Shown piece after piece: positions 55,993 to 64,000 of a stretch of DNA of 64,000 nucleotides. Position 1 is the first letter of the stretch; every line of letters starts with the position of its first letter. A program made the translations under genes and the position numbers. This stretch comes from an uncultured Holophaga sp. GTDB taxonomy: Bacteria; Acidobacteriota; Holophagae; Holophagales; Holophagaceae. The stretch is from contig OY761614.1 of NCBI GenBank assembly GCA_963664825.1, forward strand, positions 992,001 through 1,056,000, given 5' to 3'. The notes under the pieces are model-generated. The model ran no database searches. It was given only the letters and a program-made list of their open reading frames with translations, and was not told where the DNA came from.

Positions 55993-56174
55993 TGGCTTTT
56001 TTTGATTTTCAAGGCCGTCCGGAGGGACCGTGCGGCAGGATCAAGAGGCCTCGATCAGGGATCTCGGGCGGCCTCACCCCCCTGACGGGGGCTGTGATGG
56101 GTATGACTTCATGGGGGGCCCGACGCGAACGAGTCTCGCAGGGCCTAGACCCGAGGGGCCCCTCGGGCTTCGTC

Positions 56175-58283
56175 TTACTTACTGCCCTTGACCTTGGCCA
56201 CGATTTCCTCGGCCACATTGCGGGGGGCCTCGTCATAGTGGCTGAACTGCATGGTGTAGGTGCCGCGTCCCTGGGTCATGGAACGCAGGGTGGTGGAGTA
56301 GGCGAACATCTCGGCCAGGGGCACCTTCGAGGTGATGACCCGGGCGCCGGCCCGCTCTTCCATGTTCTCGATGCGGCCGCGGCGACTGTTGAGGTTGCCG
56401 ATGACATCGCCCATGTAATCGTCGGGCGTCTCGATCTCCACGGCCATGATGGGCTCGAGGAGCACGGGATGAGCCTTCTCGCAGGCCGTCTTGAAGGCCA
56501 TGGAACCGGCGATCTTGAAGGCCATTTCGTTGGAATCGACCTCGTGATAGCTGCCGTCGTAGAGCGTGACCTTCACGTCCACCACGGGGAAGCCGGCCAG
56601 GACGCCCGAACGGAGGGCCTCCTGGACGCCCTGATCCACAGGCTTGATGTATTCCTTGGGCACGACGCCGCCCGAAATGGCATTGACGAACTCGTAGCCC
56701 TTGCCTGTCTCGTTGGGCTCCACCGTGAGGCGGACATGGCCGTACTGGCCGTGGCCACCTGTCTGGCGCACGAACTTGCCTTCGGCGTCCACCTTCTTGC
56801 GGATGGTCTCGCGGTAGGCCACCTGGGGCTTGCCCACGTTGGCCTCCACCTTGAATTCGCGCATCATGCGGTCGACGATGATCTCGAGATGCAGCTCACC
56901 CATACCGGCGATGATGGTCTGGTTGGTTTCGGGATCGGTACGCACCTTGAAGGTGGGATCTTCCTGGGCCAGTTTCTGGAGGGCGACGCCCATCTTCTCT
57001 TGGTCGACCTTGGTCTTGGGCTCGATGGCCACCTGGATGACGGGATCGGGGAAGTCCATGGATTCGAGCACCACCGGACTATCCTCGTCACAGATCGTCT
57101 CACCCGTGTAGACATCCTTGAAACCCACGGCCGCGCCGATATCACCGGTGCGGACTTCCGTGATGTCCTCGCGCTTATTGGCGTGCATCTGAAGCAGGCG
57201 GCCGATGCGGTCCCGACGCCCCTTGTTGGCGTTGTAGACGGCCGATCCCGCGGCCAGGATGCCGGAGTAGACGCGAATGAAGGCCAGGCTGCCCACGAAT
57301 GGATCGGCCATGATCTTGAAGATGAGGGCGCTGAAGGGCTCGCTATCGCTGGCCTTGCGCTCGGTGGGCTGGCCATCGAGGTCATGGCCCTGGATGGGCG
57401 GGATATCGACGGGACTGGGCATGTAGCTCACCACCGCGTCGAGCAGGGGCTGGACGCCCTTGTTCTTGAAGGCAGAGCCGCAGGTCATGGGCGTGAAGAG
57501 GAGTGCGAGGCAGCCCTTGCGGATACCCGCCCGGAGCTCGTCCTCGGTAAGCTGTTCGCCGCCGAGGTACTTCTCCATCAGTTGCTCGTCGGTCTCGGCC
57601 ACCAACTCAACCATGTGCTCGCGCCATTTGTTGGCCTCGGCCACGAGTTCGGCGGGAATCTCGCCATAGACGACATTGCTGCCCTTGTCGCTCTCGTCGA
57701 AGGTGAGGGCCTGCATGGTGACCAGATCGATGAGGCCTTTGAAGTTATCCTCAGCGCCGATGGGAATCTGAATGGGCATGGGCTTGGCGTGGAGGCGGGT
57801 CCTCATCATCTCGATGACCCGATAGAAATCCGCGCCTGTGCGATCCATCTTGTTCACGAAGGCCAGCCGGGGCACCTTGTACTTGTTGGCCTGCCGCCAG
57901 ACGGTCTCAGACTGGGGCTGCACACCGCCCACCGCGCAGAACACGGCTACAGAGCCGTCGAGCACCCGCAGGGAGCGCTCCACTTCGGCGGTGAAATCCA
58001 CGTGACCGGGGGTGTCGATGATATTGATGCGGTGCTCAACGCCGGTCAACAGGCCGGTCTGAGGGATCCAGGCCGCCGTGATGGCAGCCGAAGTGATGGT
58101 GATGCCGCGCTCCTGCTCCTGAACCATCCAGTCGGTGGTCGCGGCGCCGTCATGCACTTCGCCGATCTTGTGGATCTTCCCCGTGTAATAGAGGATGCGC
58201 TCCGTGGTCGTCGTCTTCCCGGCATCGATGTGGGCCATGATGCCAATATTGCGATAGCGCTCGAGAGGGGTCGTGCGGGCCAC
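56175..58283 (-). CDS. fusA: Elongation factor G
   Basis: [26 protein letters not shown] start at 58283 with SD AAGGAGG. Confidence 0.99.
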   Translation of the reverse strand: MARTTPLERYRNIGIMAHIDAGKTTTTERILYYTGKIHKIGEVHDGAATTDWMVQEQERGITITSAAITAAWIPQTGLLTGVEHRINIIDTPGHVDFTAEVERSLRVLDGSVAVFCAVGGVQPQSETVWRQANKYKVPRLAFVNKMDRTGADFYRVIEMMRTRLHAKPMPIQIPIGAEDNFKGLIDLVTMQALTFDESDKGSNVVYGEIPAELVAEANKWREHMVELVAETDEQLMEKYLGGEQLTEDELRAGIRKGCLALLFTPMTCGSAFKNKGVQPLLDAVVSYMPSPVDIPPIQGHDLDGQPTERKASDSEPFSALIFKIMADPFVGSLAFIRVYSGILAAGSAVYNANKGRRDRIGRLLQMHANKREDITEVRTGDIGAAVGFKDVYTGETICDEDSPVVLESMDFPDPVIQVAIEPKTKVDQEKMGVALQKLAQEDPTFKVRTDPETNQTIIAGMGELHLEIIVDRMMREFKVEANVGKPQVAYRETIRKKVDAEGKFVRQTGGHGQYGHVRLTVEPNETGKGYEFVNAISGGVVPKEYIKPVDQGVQEALRSGVLAGFPVVDVKVTLYDGSYHEVDSNEMAFKIAGSMAFKTACEKAHPVLLEPIMAVEIETPDDYMGDVIGNLNSRRGRIENMEERAGARVITSKVPLAEMFAYSTTLRSMTQGRGTYTMQFSHYDEAPRNVAEEIVAKVKGSK

Positions 58284-58297
58284 GGGGGCCTCCTTAC

Positions 58298-58337
58298 AAA
58301 AAAGAATCACCACGAAGGCGCGAGGCCCCCGTGGTGA
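58298..58337 (-). terminator. Terminator-like hairpin plus U-tract between rpsG and fusA
   Basis: UCACCACGGGGGC-CUCGC-GCCUUCGUGGUGA-UUCUUUUUU. Confidence 0.6.
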
Positions 58338-58349
58338 ACATTTTCCTGC

Positions 58350-58820
58350 CTACCAGCGGAAGTGAGCGAAGGCCTTGTTGGCTTCAGCCATCTTGTGGAC
58401 GTCGTCCTTCTTCTTCATGGCGGCGCCACGGAAGTTCATCGCGTCCAGGATCTCGCCGGCCAGCTTATCGCGCATGGTGCGCTCGCCACGAGAGGCCGAG
58501 TAGGCCTTCAGCCAACGCATGGCCAGGGACTGGCGGCGGTTCTGAGGAACCTCCACAGGCACCTGGTAGGTGGCGCCACCCACACGACGAGACTTGACCT
58601 CGACGGAGGGCTTGATGTTGGTGATGGCCTTATCGAAGGCATCCAACGCCAATTCGCCGGACTTCTTGGCCACGATTTCCAACGCTCCATAGAGGATGCG
58701 TTCGGCCGTGGCCTTCTTGCCGCGCTCCATGAGCACGTTGACGAACTTGGTGATGGTGACGCTGTTGTAAACAGGATCAGGAAGAATATCGCGCTTTGCG
58801 GGAGTACTGCGACGGGACAT
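58350..58820 (-). CDS. rpsG: 30S ribosomal protein S7
   Basis: [28 protein letters not shown]. Confidence 0.99.
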   Translation of the reverse strand: MSRRSTPAKRDILPDPVYNSVTITKFVNVLMERGKKATAERILYGALEIVAKKSGELALDAFDKAITNIKPSVEVKSRRVGGATYQVPVEVPQNRRQSLAMRWLKAYSASRGERTMRDKLAGEILDAMNFRGAAMKKKDDVHKMAEANKAFAHFRW

Positions 58821-58828
58821 GGCCTACC

Positions 58829-59227
58829 TCACTTCTTCTTCGCAGCGGCAGCACCGGCCTTGGGCCGCTTTGCGCCGTACTTGGAACGGGACTGGTTGCG
58901 GTTGGCGACGCCCGTGGCGTCGAGGGTGCCGCGAACCACGTGGTAGCGCACGCCAGGCAGATCCTTCACACGACCACCACGGATGAGCACGATGCTGTGC
59001 TCCTGCAGGTTGTGTCCCACACCGGGAATGTAGGTGGTGCACTCGATGCCGTTGGTGAGACGGACACGGGCCACCTTACGAAGCGCGGAGTTCGGCTTCT
59101 TAGGCGTGGTGGTGAAGACGCGCGTGCAAACGCCGCGCTTCTGGGGGCAGGCGTTGAGCGCGGGGCTCTTCGTCTTGTTCTGGAAGGTCGTCCGCCCGTG
59201 GCGGATCAGCTGATTGATGGTTGGCAC
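58829..59227 (-). CDS. rpsL: 30S ribosomal protein S12
   Basis: GTG start [37 protein letters not shown]. Confidence 0.99.
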   Translation of the reverse strand: MPTINQLIRHGRTTFQNKTKSPALNACPQKRGVCTRVFTTTPKKPNSALRKVARVRLTNGIECTTYIPGVGHNLQEHSIVLIRGGRVKDLPGVRYHVVRGTLDATGVANRNQSRSKYGAKRPKAGAAAAKKK

Positions 59228-59350
59228 TCCAACCTCCTTGCGTGGGCACCAGGAACGTCCTGGGCCTGAGCCCGAGAGGTCGAACACCGCAGGGGCGGCG
59301 ACATCGGACAGACGTGAAACGGCGCGACCCACCGGGGTCGGGAACCTTTG

Positions 59351-59378
59351 ATCCTAGCAAAATGCCAAGGAAAGTCAA
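59351..59378 (-). promoter_or_regulatory. Putative sigma70 promoter of the str operon
   Basis: TTGACT-N16-TAGGAT with a TG extended -10. Confidence 0.6.
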
Positions 59379-59448
59379 AGCCAAATGCCGCAGAGATCAA
59401 GCCTCCGTCCGAGAACAACCCGAGAAGGTGAGGCGATCAGCAGGGGGC

Positions 59449-59703
59449 CTAATGGCAGGCGCAGGACCCACCACAGCAGCTGGTTGGTTTAGCAGGGGTT
59501 TCCGACTTCTCGGAGGCGCCCTTCCCGTACCCTTGGGCGTACCAGCCGCTTCCCACGAGAGTGAAGGCCCCTACAGAAATCTGGCGGTGCATGCCATCAG
59601 CCTGTCCACAGGCGGGGCAATCGTGGTGATCCGGGGCCGAGATTTTTTCAAGGTTTTCTTCGGACTGCCCGCAGGCATCGCACCGATATTCGTAAAGCGG
59701 CAT
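59449..59703 (-). CDS. FmdB-family zinc ribbon protein
   Basis: MPLYEYRCDACG..CPACG..GSGWY, C-terminal CCGGSCAC. Confidence 0.9.
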   Translation of the reverse strand: MPLYEYRCDACGQSEENLEKISAPDHHDCPACGQADGMHRQISVGAFTLVGSGWYAQGYGKGASEKSETPAKPTSCCGGSCACH

Positions 59704-59764
59704 GGCTTCCTCGTGTTCTAAGGGGGCGTTTAGCCCTAACCTTCAAGTTTAGCCTGGACGCCCC

Positions 59765-60256
59765 ATGCCTGCACTCGACCGTTTCTTCCCAGATCCCGAA
59801 GCCTACTGGCGCGCCTTCCCAGAGCGCCCAGGAAAACTCTGCTTCACTAACGGCTGCTTCGATCTGATCCACCCCGGCCACGTCCAGTACCTCGAGGAGG
59901 TTCGCGCCCTGGGTGACTTCCTGATCGTGGGCTTGAATAGCGATACCAGCGTGCGGCGCCTGAAGGGCCCCAGTCGCCCCCTTCAGGACGAATGGGCCAG
60001 GGCCCGGATCCTGCTCGGCCTACGGAGCGTGGACGCGGTCATCTGCTTCGACGAGGACACGCCCATGGAACTCATCCAGGCCCTCCGTCCCGATATCCTC
60101 GCCAAGGGCGGCGACTACACACCTGAGGCGGTGGTGGGCAAGGATATCGTGGAGGCCAGAGGGGGAAGATTGGTCCTGGTGCCCTTCCTTCCCGGCCATA
60201 GCACCTCCCTCATCGAGGACCGTATCCGGAAGGGATGCGGCGTCCTGGGCGCGTGA
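59765..60256 (+). CDS. rfaE2: D-glycero-beta-D-manno-heptose 1-phosphate adenylyltransferase
   Basis: [24 protein letters not shown]. Confidence 0.92.
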   Translation: MPALDRFFPDPEAYWRAFPERPGKLCFTNGCFDLIHPGHVQYLEEVRALGDFLIVGLNSDTSVRRLKGPSRPLQDEWARARILLGLRSVDAVICFDEDTPMELIQALRPDILAKGGDYTPEAVVGKDIVEARGGRLVLVPFLPGHSTSLIEDRIRKGCGVLGA

Positions 60257-60338
60257 CAGCCACGCAACCCAGGGCCTCCAGTCCTTTTCGAGGCTGAACG
60301 CTACGAGCCCAGCCCACAGCCGCCATACTCAGATCCCT

Positions 60339-62072
60339 ATGGAACTTCCGCCCTGGCCTTCCTCCACCTTTTCCAGCCACCGACGCCTCCTTCTGGCGGT
60401 CGGCATCACCCTGATCACCGGCCTCCTGCTGCGCGCCGAAGGTTGCGGGGCCTTGTCCTCCGGACTCCTGGTGCTCGTCGCCTGGTGGGCCTGGAGCCTC
60501 GCCGAGGCCTGGTTCCATGCCCTCCGACTCAGTCGCGGGGAGCGTCTCTGGTCCGCAGACGCCTCCGGGGAAAGCATCCTGCGGGAAGTCTCCCGGGCCA
60601 GCCTCGCCCGGGGCGAAACGGGCTACCGCCTCCATCTCCTCGCCTCCCGGGTCTGGCTCAAGGAGGGCGACCGGGCCCAGGCTTGGCAGGAATCCTTCCT
60701 GGCCCATCTCTGCCGTCTGCCCCTCTGGAAACGCCTTCCGATCCTCATCTACGGCCACCTGGGCCCGCACCTTCCCGTGCAGGCCGCCACCGCCTGGGAA
60801 GCCCGCCTGTACCGCTTCGCCCCGGAGATGCCCTCCTTGAGCCATCGCCTCGCCTCGCGAACCCTGGCCACAGGAGTGTCTGCCCTCGAAAAATCTGCCT
60901 GGGAGCTGTTCCTCGCCACCCTGCCCACGGCCCAGGATGACCCCCTGCTCCTGGAATCCATGCTGCTCGGCGCCCTGGAACGCATCCAGCACGCCGACCA
61001 GCTGGGCCATCAGGACTGGAGCCCCCTGGTTCCCTATCTCTTCGAGGAGGTACTTCGCCTGCTGCTCCGGCGCCACGGGGAGTCCCGGGTGGCCTGGGAT
61101 CGCGAGGCCCCGGCCCTCCATCTGCTGCGCCAGGGCCGTCTCCGGGAGGTGATCCAGCTGGCCCAGAGCCTCCCCCTCTCCCGGAGGAGTGCGGCGCTCT
61201 GCGAAGGGGAGATCAGCGCCCTGCGCCAGACAGGGGACCTCCGAGGGGCACAGGCGGCCATCCGCGCAGCCCTGAAGCTATATCCATCCTCCTTCCGCCT
61301 CTGGATGGAGCGCTTCCAGGCGGCCATGGCGGCATCGGAAACGGGCATCGCCCTGGATTCCATGGAGAGGGCCGAAGGCTTGCTTCCGGCCCTTCCCGAG
61401 AGGGACCGCCCGAGGCATGAAGGCGAATGGCACCTGCGACGCGCTGAATACGCCCACTGGATCCAGCGGGACCCAGACCTCGCCTGGATACACCTCCAGG
61501 CCCTGTCCGAGGCCTCCCGGGAAGAAAATGGACTCCTGGTGCTCCAGGTCCAGATGGCCCTCGAACACTACGCGGCCGCCCAGGAAGGGGCCCGCAGACT
61601 CCTGACCCGCCACCCCCAGGATACGGAATTGCTGCTTCTCCAAGCCGAGTGCATGGCGGGAACGGACGCCTGGGCGACCCTCCTCCCCTTCCTGGAACGC
61701 CTCCCGGAAGAAACGCGGGAGCGGTCGGTTTTCTGGCACCTGAAGGGCCTGGCCCAGGCTCATCTCGGCAGCGCCCAGGAGGCCCGGGAGGATCTGGAAA
61801 TCGCCGCCCACATGGCTCCCCGGGACCTCCAGATGACCCTGGACGCGGGCCACGCCGCCGCGGAAATGGGGGATCATGTCCGGGCCGAACACCACTGGCG
61901 GCGGGCCCTCCAGCTGGACCCGAAGTGTGAAGAGGCGCTCATCCAGTTGGCCGACACCCGTCATGCCAGGCAGGACCCGGAAGGAGCGCGGCGCCTGCTG
62001 CGGGAGTGCCTCCTCCACCACCCCGATAGTGAAGGGGCCCAGAGCTTCCTGACGGAGCTGGAAGCCAATTAG
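60339..62072 (+). CDS. Membrane-anchored TPR protein
   Basis: Two N-terminal TM segments, then helical/TPR repeats (ALQLDP). Confidence 0.65.
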   Translation: MELPPWPSSTFSSHRRLLLAVGITLITGLLLRAEGCGALSSGLLVLVAWWAWSLAEAWFHALRLSRGERLWSADASGESILREVSRASLARGETGYRLHLLASRVWLKEGDRAQAWQESFLAHLCRLPLWKRLPILIYGHLGPHLPVQAATAWEARLYRFAPEMPSLSHRLASRTLATGVSALEKSAWELFLATLPTAQDDPLLLESMLLGALERIQHADQLGHQDWSPLVPYLFEEVLRLLLRRHGESRVAWDREAPALHLLRQGRLREVIQLAQSLPLSRRSAALCEGEISALRQTGDLRGAQAAIRAALKLYPSSFRLWMERFQAAMAASETGIALDSMERAEGLLPALPERDRPRHEGEWHLRRAEYAHWIQRDPDLAWIHLQALSEASREENGLLVLQVQMALEHYAAAQEGARRLLTRHPQDTELLLLQAECMAGTDAWATLLPFLERLPEETRERSVFWHLKGLAQAHLGSAQEAREDLEIAAHMAPRDLQMTLDAGHAAAEMGDHVRAEHHWRRALQLDPKCEEALIQLADTRHARQDPEGARRLLRECLLHHPDSEGAQSFLTELEAN

Positions 62073-62075
62073 CCT

Positions 62076-63170
62076 TCATTTCGCCTTGGGCTCCCCGACC
62101 TTCCCCTTCTGCTGCTCCCGGATCGCGGCCAGCTTGCCGTCGTAGCGCTCCCGTTCCTCCGGGATCGCCCAGTGTTGGGCCTGTTCCAGGGCCTTAACCG
62201 CGGCCTCGGTACTGCCCAGCAGGATCTGAAGCCGGGCAAGCGTCAGGAAGAATTCGGGTTCGCGGGGCTGGAGCTTGAGGGCCGTCTTGATGCGCTTCTC
62301 CGCTTCCCCGTAGTCCCCCGCAGCCATGGCCTCCTCGGCCAGGAAGGCGTGGAAGAAGGGGTCCTTCTTCCGAACGACCTCTCCCAACATCCGAAAGCGG
62401 ATGGCCTCTTCTAAACGCCCCTGTTCCCGCAGGAGGGTCTCCATGTTCCCGATGGCGGAGCTATCCTTCGGGTCGCAGGCCAGGGAGCGCCGGAAGGCCT
62501 TTTCCGCGGCCTCCAGCTCCCCCCGGGACTTGCGGACCACACCCAGAATGTTCCAGCCCACGCTCATGGCTGGGTCGATCCGGATGGAGGCTTCGGCCTT
62601 GGCCAGGGCTTCATCGATTTGCGCCCCCTCCAGCAGTTCCACGGCCCGGTTGGCGAAGAAGAGGGCCTTGACCCGCTCCCGAGACTGCACCATCACCCGG
62701 TAGACCCCCACCCGGCGCCGCAATTGGGGCAGGAAATCCGCCACCACATCCTCGCTAGGAGGCAGGGGTACGAGGGCGACCAGATGGCGTTCGAAGCGGA
62801 TCACCGACCCCACGCGCCGCCACCGGTTCGTATTGAGGGCCTCGGCATACTGGGCGCGGATGCCGACGGAATCACAGGCCGCGATGTAGAAGGCCGTCAG
62901 GGAGAGGCAATTCGCCTTCCGGTCCCGCCAAACCTCTGCCACCGTCCGGGTATGGCTGTTGTCATAGACCATCCCCAGGCCCCCGTCGGCTTCTGGTCGG
63001 AAGATGGCATCCAGCAGGTGCTGCAGCTTCGCCTTTGTGGGGGATTGCGCGGCTGTGGCCCTCCGGGCAAAAACCTGGATTTCCGGGAGAACCGCCAGGG
63101 GGTCCTGTTCCTCCCCCAAGGCCGGGAGGCAGCAGATCAGGGCTGGGATCGCGCCATAGCGCACGGGCAC
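62076..63170 (-). CDS. Transglutaminase-like domain plus TPR protein
   Basis: ANCLSLT..HLVALV..ADF, then 3-4 TPRs. Confidence 0.65.
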   Translation of the reverse strand: MPVRYGAIPALICCLPALGEEQDPLAVLPEIQVFARRATAAQSPTKAKLQHLLDAIFRPEADGGLGMVYDNSHTRTVAEVWRDRKANCLSLTAFYIAACDSVGIRAQYAEALNTNRWRRVGSVIRFERHLVALVPLPPSEDVVADFLPQLRRRVGVYRVMVQSRERVKALFFANRAVELLEGAQIDEALAKAEASIRIDPAMSVGWNILGVVRKSRGELEAAEKAFRRSLACDPKDSSAIGNMETLLREQGRLEEAIRFRMLGEVVRKKDPFFHAFLAEEAMAAGDYGEAEKRIKTALKLQPREPEFFLTLARLQILLGSTEAAVKALEQAQHWAIPEERERYDGKLAAIREQQKGKVGEPKAK

Positions 63171-63290
63171 CTCACAGGCCCAAGATACAGCCCTCTCAGG
63201 CCCAGGCCACTGCGATCAGGGACAAAGGGCGCCCTCCCAGGGGCAGACCGGAACCTCAAACTGCTTCAAGATGGAACCCTGGAGTCCAAC

Positions 63291-64000
63291 ATGACCACAG
63301 CCATCGTCTGCGCCTATTCCCCCGTGGGCCGCGAGGCCCTTGGAGGCCTTCTCGAAGCCGGCGTGGAGGTATTGGCCCTCTACACCTATGTTCAAGGCCC
63401 CGATGAGAGTTGGTTCGAGGCCCCAGCCGTGTTGGCCGAGGCCCGTGGCATCCCGGTTCATCGGGAGCCCGACTTCAACGCCGATCACGTCTTCGAGGAC
63501 ATCCGCAAGGCCGCCCCCGATCTCCTCCTGAGCTTCTATTTCCGGGAGATGATCCAGGCGCGCTTCCTGCAGATCCCCCACCTGGGCGCCTACAACCTGC
63601 ACGGCTCCCTGCTGCCGAAGTACCGGGGCCGGGCGCCCATCAATTGGGTCCTGGTGAAGGGTGAGACTGAAACCGGCGTCACCCTGCATGCGATGACGCC
63701 CCAGCCCGATGACGGGGAGATCCTCGCCCAGGCCCCCATCCCCATCGAATGGGACGATACGGCCCTCAGCCTCACGCTCAAGGCCGCTCGCGCAGGACGT
63801 GAACTCGTGCGCGACTGCGTTCCTCGCATCGCCGAAGGGAAGGCGTCCAGGGTCCTCCAAAAGCAGATCGGCCCTTCCACCTACTTCGGAGGACGAAAGC
63901 CCCAGGACAGCCGCCTGGATTTCGGGATGACCCTGCGGGAGGCCTTCAACCAGATCCGCGCCGTGGCCGATCCCTGGCCCAACGCCTTCCTGGAGACCCC
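63291..64000 (+). CDS. Formyltransferase, ArnA N-terminal type (3'-partial; absent from the ORF track)
   Basis: Manual translation MTTAIVCAYSPVG..PDLLLSFYFREMI..AYNLHGSLLPKYRGRAPINWVLVKGETETGVTLH. Confidence 0.85.
   Translation, partial: MTTAIVCAYSPVGREALGGLLEAGVEVLALYTYVQGPDESWFEAPAVLAEARGIPVHREPDFNADHVFEDIRKAAPDLLLSFYFREMIQARFLQIPHLGAYNLHGSLLPKYRGRAPINWVLVKGETETGVTLHAMTPQPDDGEILAQAPIPIEWDDTALSLTLKAARAGRELVRDCVPRIAEGKASRVLQKQIGPSTYFGGRKPQDSRLDFGMTLREAFNQIRAVADPWPNAFLET

Noticed and set aside
56010..56040. SRP RNA (GTCCGGAGGG resembles the domain IV loop)
   Set aside because: Flanking CAGG and AGCA conserved bases are missing
58829..59227. Streptomycin-resistance alleles in rpsL
   Set aside because: PKKPNS and RVKDLPG motifs are wild type

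Overview
High-GC bacterial chromosomal window made almost entirely of core genes. Gene order and protein styles suggest Acidobacteriota, possibly Holophagaceae (Geothrix/Holophaga-like); this is inference. Left third: a phosphatase cluster (PAP2 fusion, HAD-IG 5'-nucleotidase, SurE), a block of mostly exported peptidases (M13, S9, C1, two M3) with a Cache-domain chemoreceptor, and an ABC-exporter cassette flanked by a duplicated peptidase 3' end. Middle: der, tRNA-Asp, tRNA-Val, a partial ATP synthase operon (b', b, delta, alpha, gamma, beta, epsilon; no a or c), purC, two degenerate M16 proteins, dut, skp, bamA, clpC and purA. Right: the str-S10-spc-alpha ribosomal protein cluster on the minus strand (no tuf, no map), then FmdB, rfaE2, two TPR proteins and a partial ArnA-type formyltransferase. 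I saw no CRISPR array, rRNA, integrase, transposase or prophage, and no clearly novel multi-gene system. The best leads are cis-acting: (i) a two-state terminator/RBS-sequestering hairpin before fusA; (ii) a shared hairpin+ACAUCUA motif before rpsJ and rplB; (iii) a displaced allelic 3' end of the S9 peptidase marking a cassette insertion; (iv) a duplication-born 15-codon coupling ORF between atpF and atpH. All family calls come from motif recognition by eye, not database searches.
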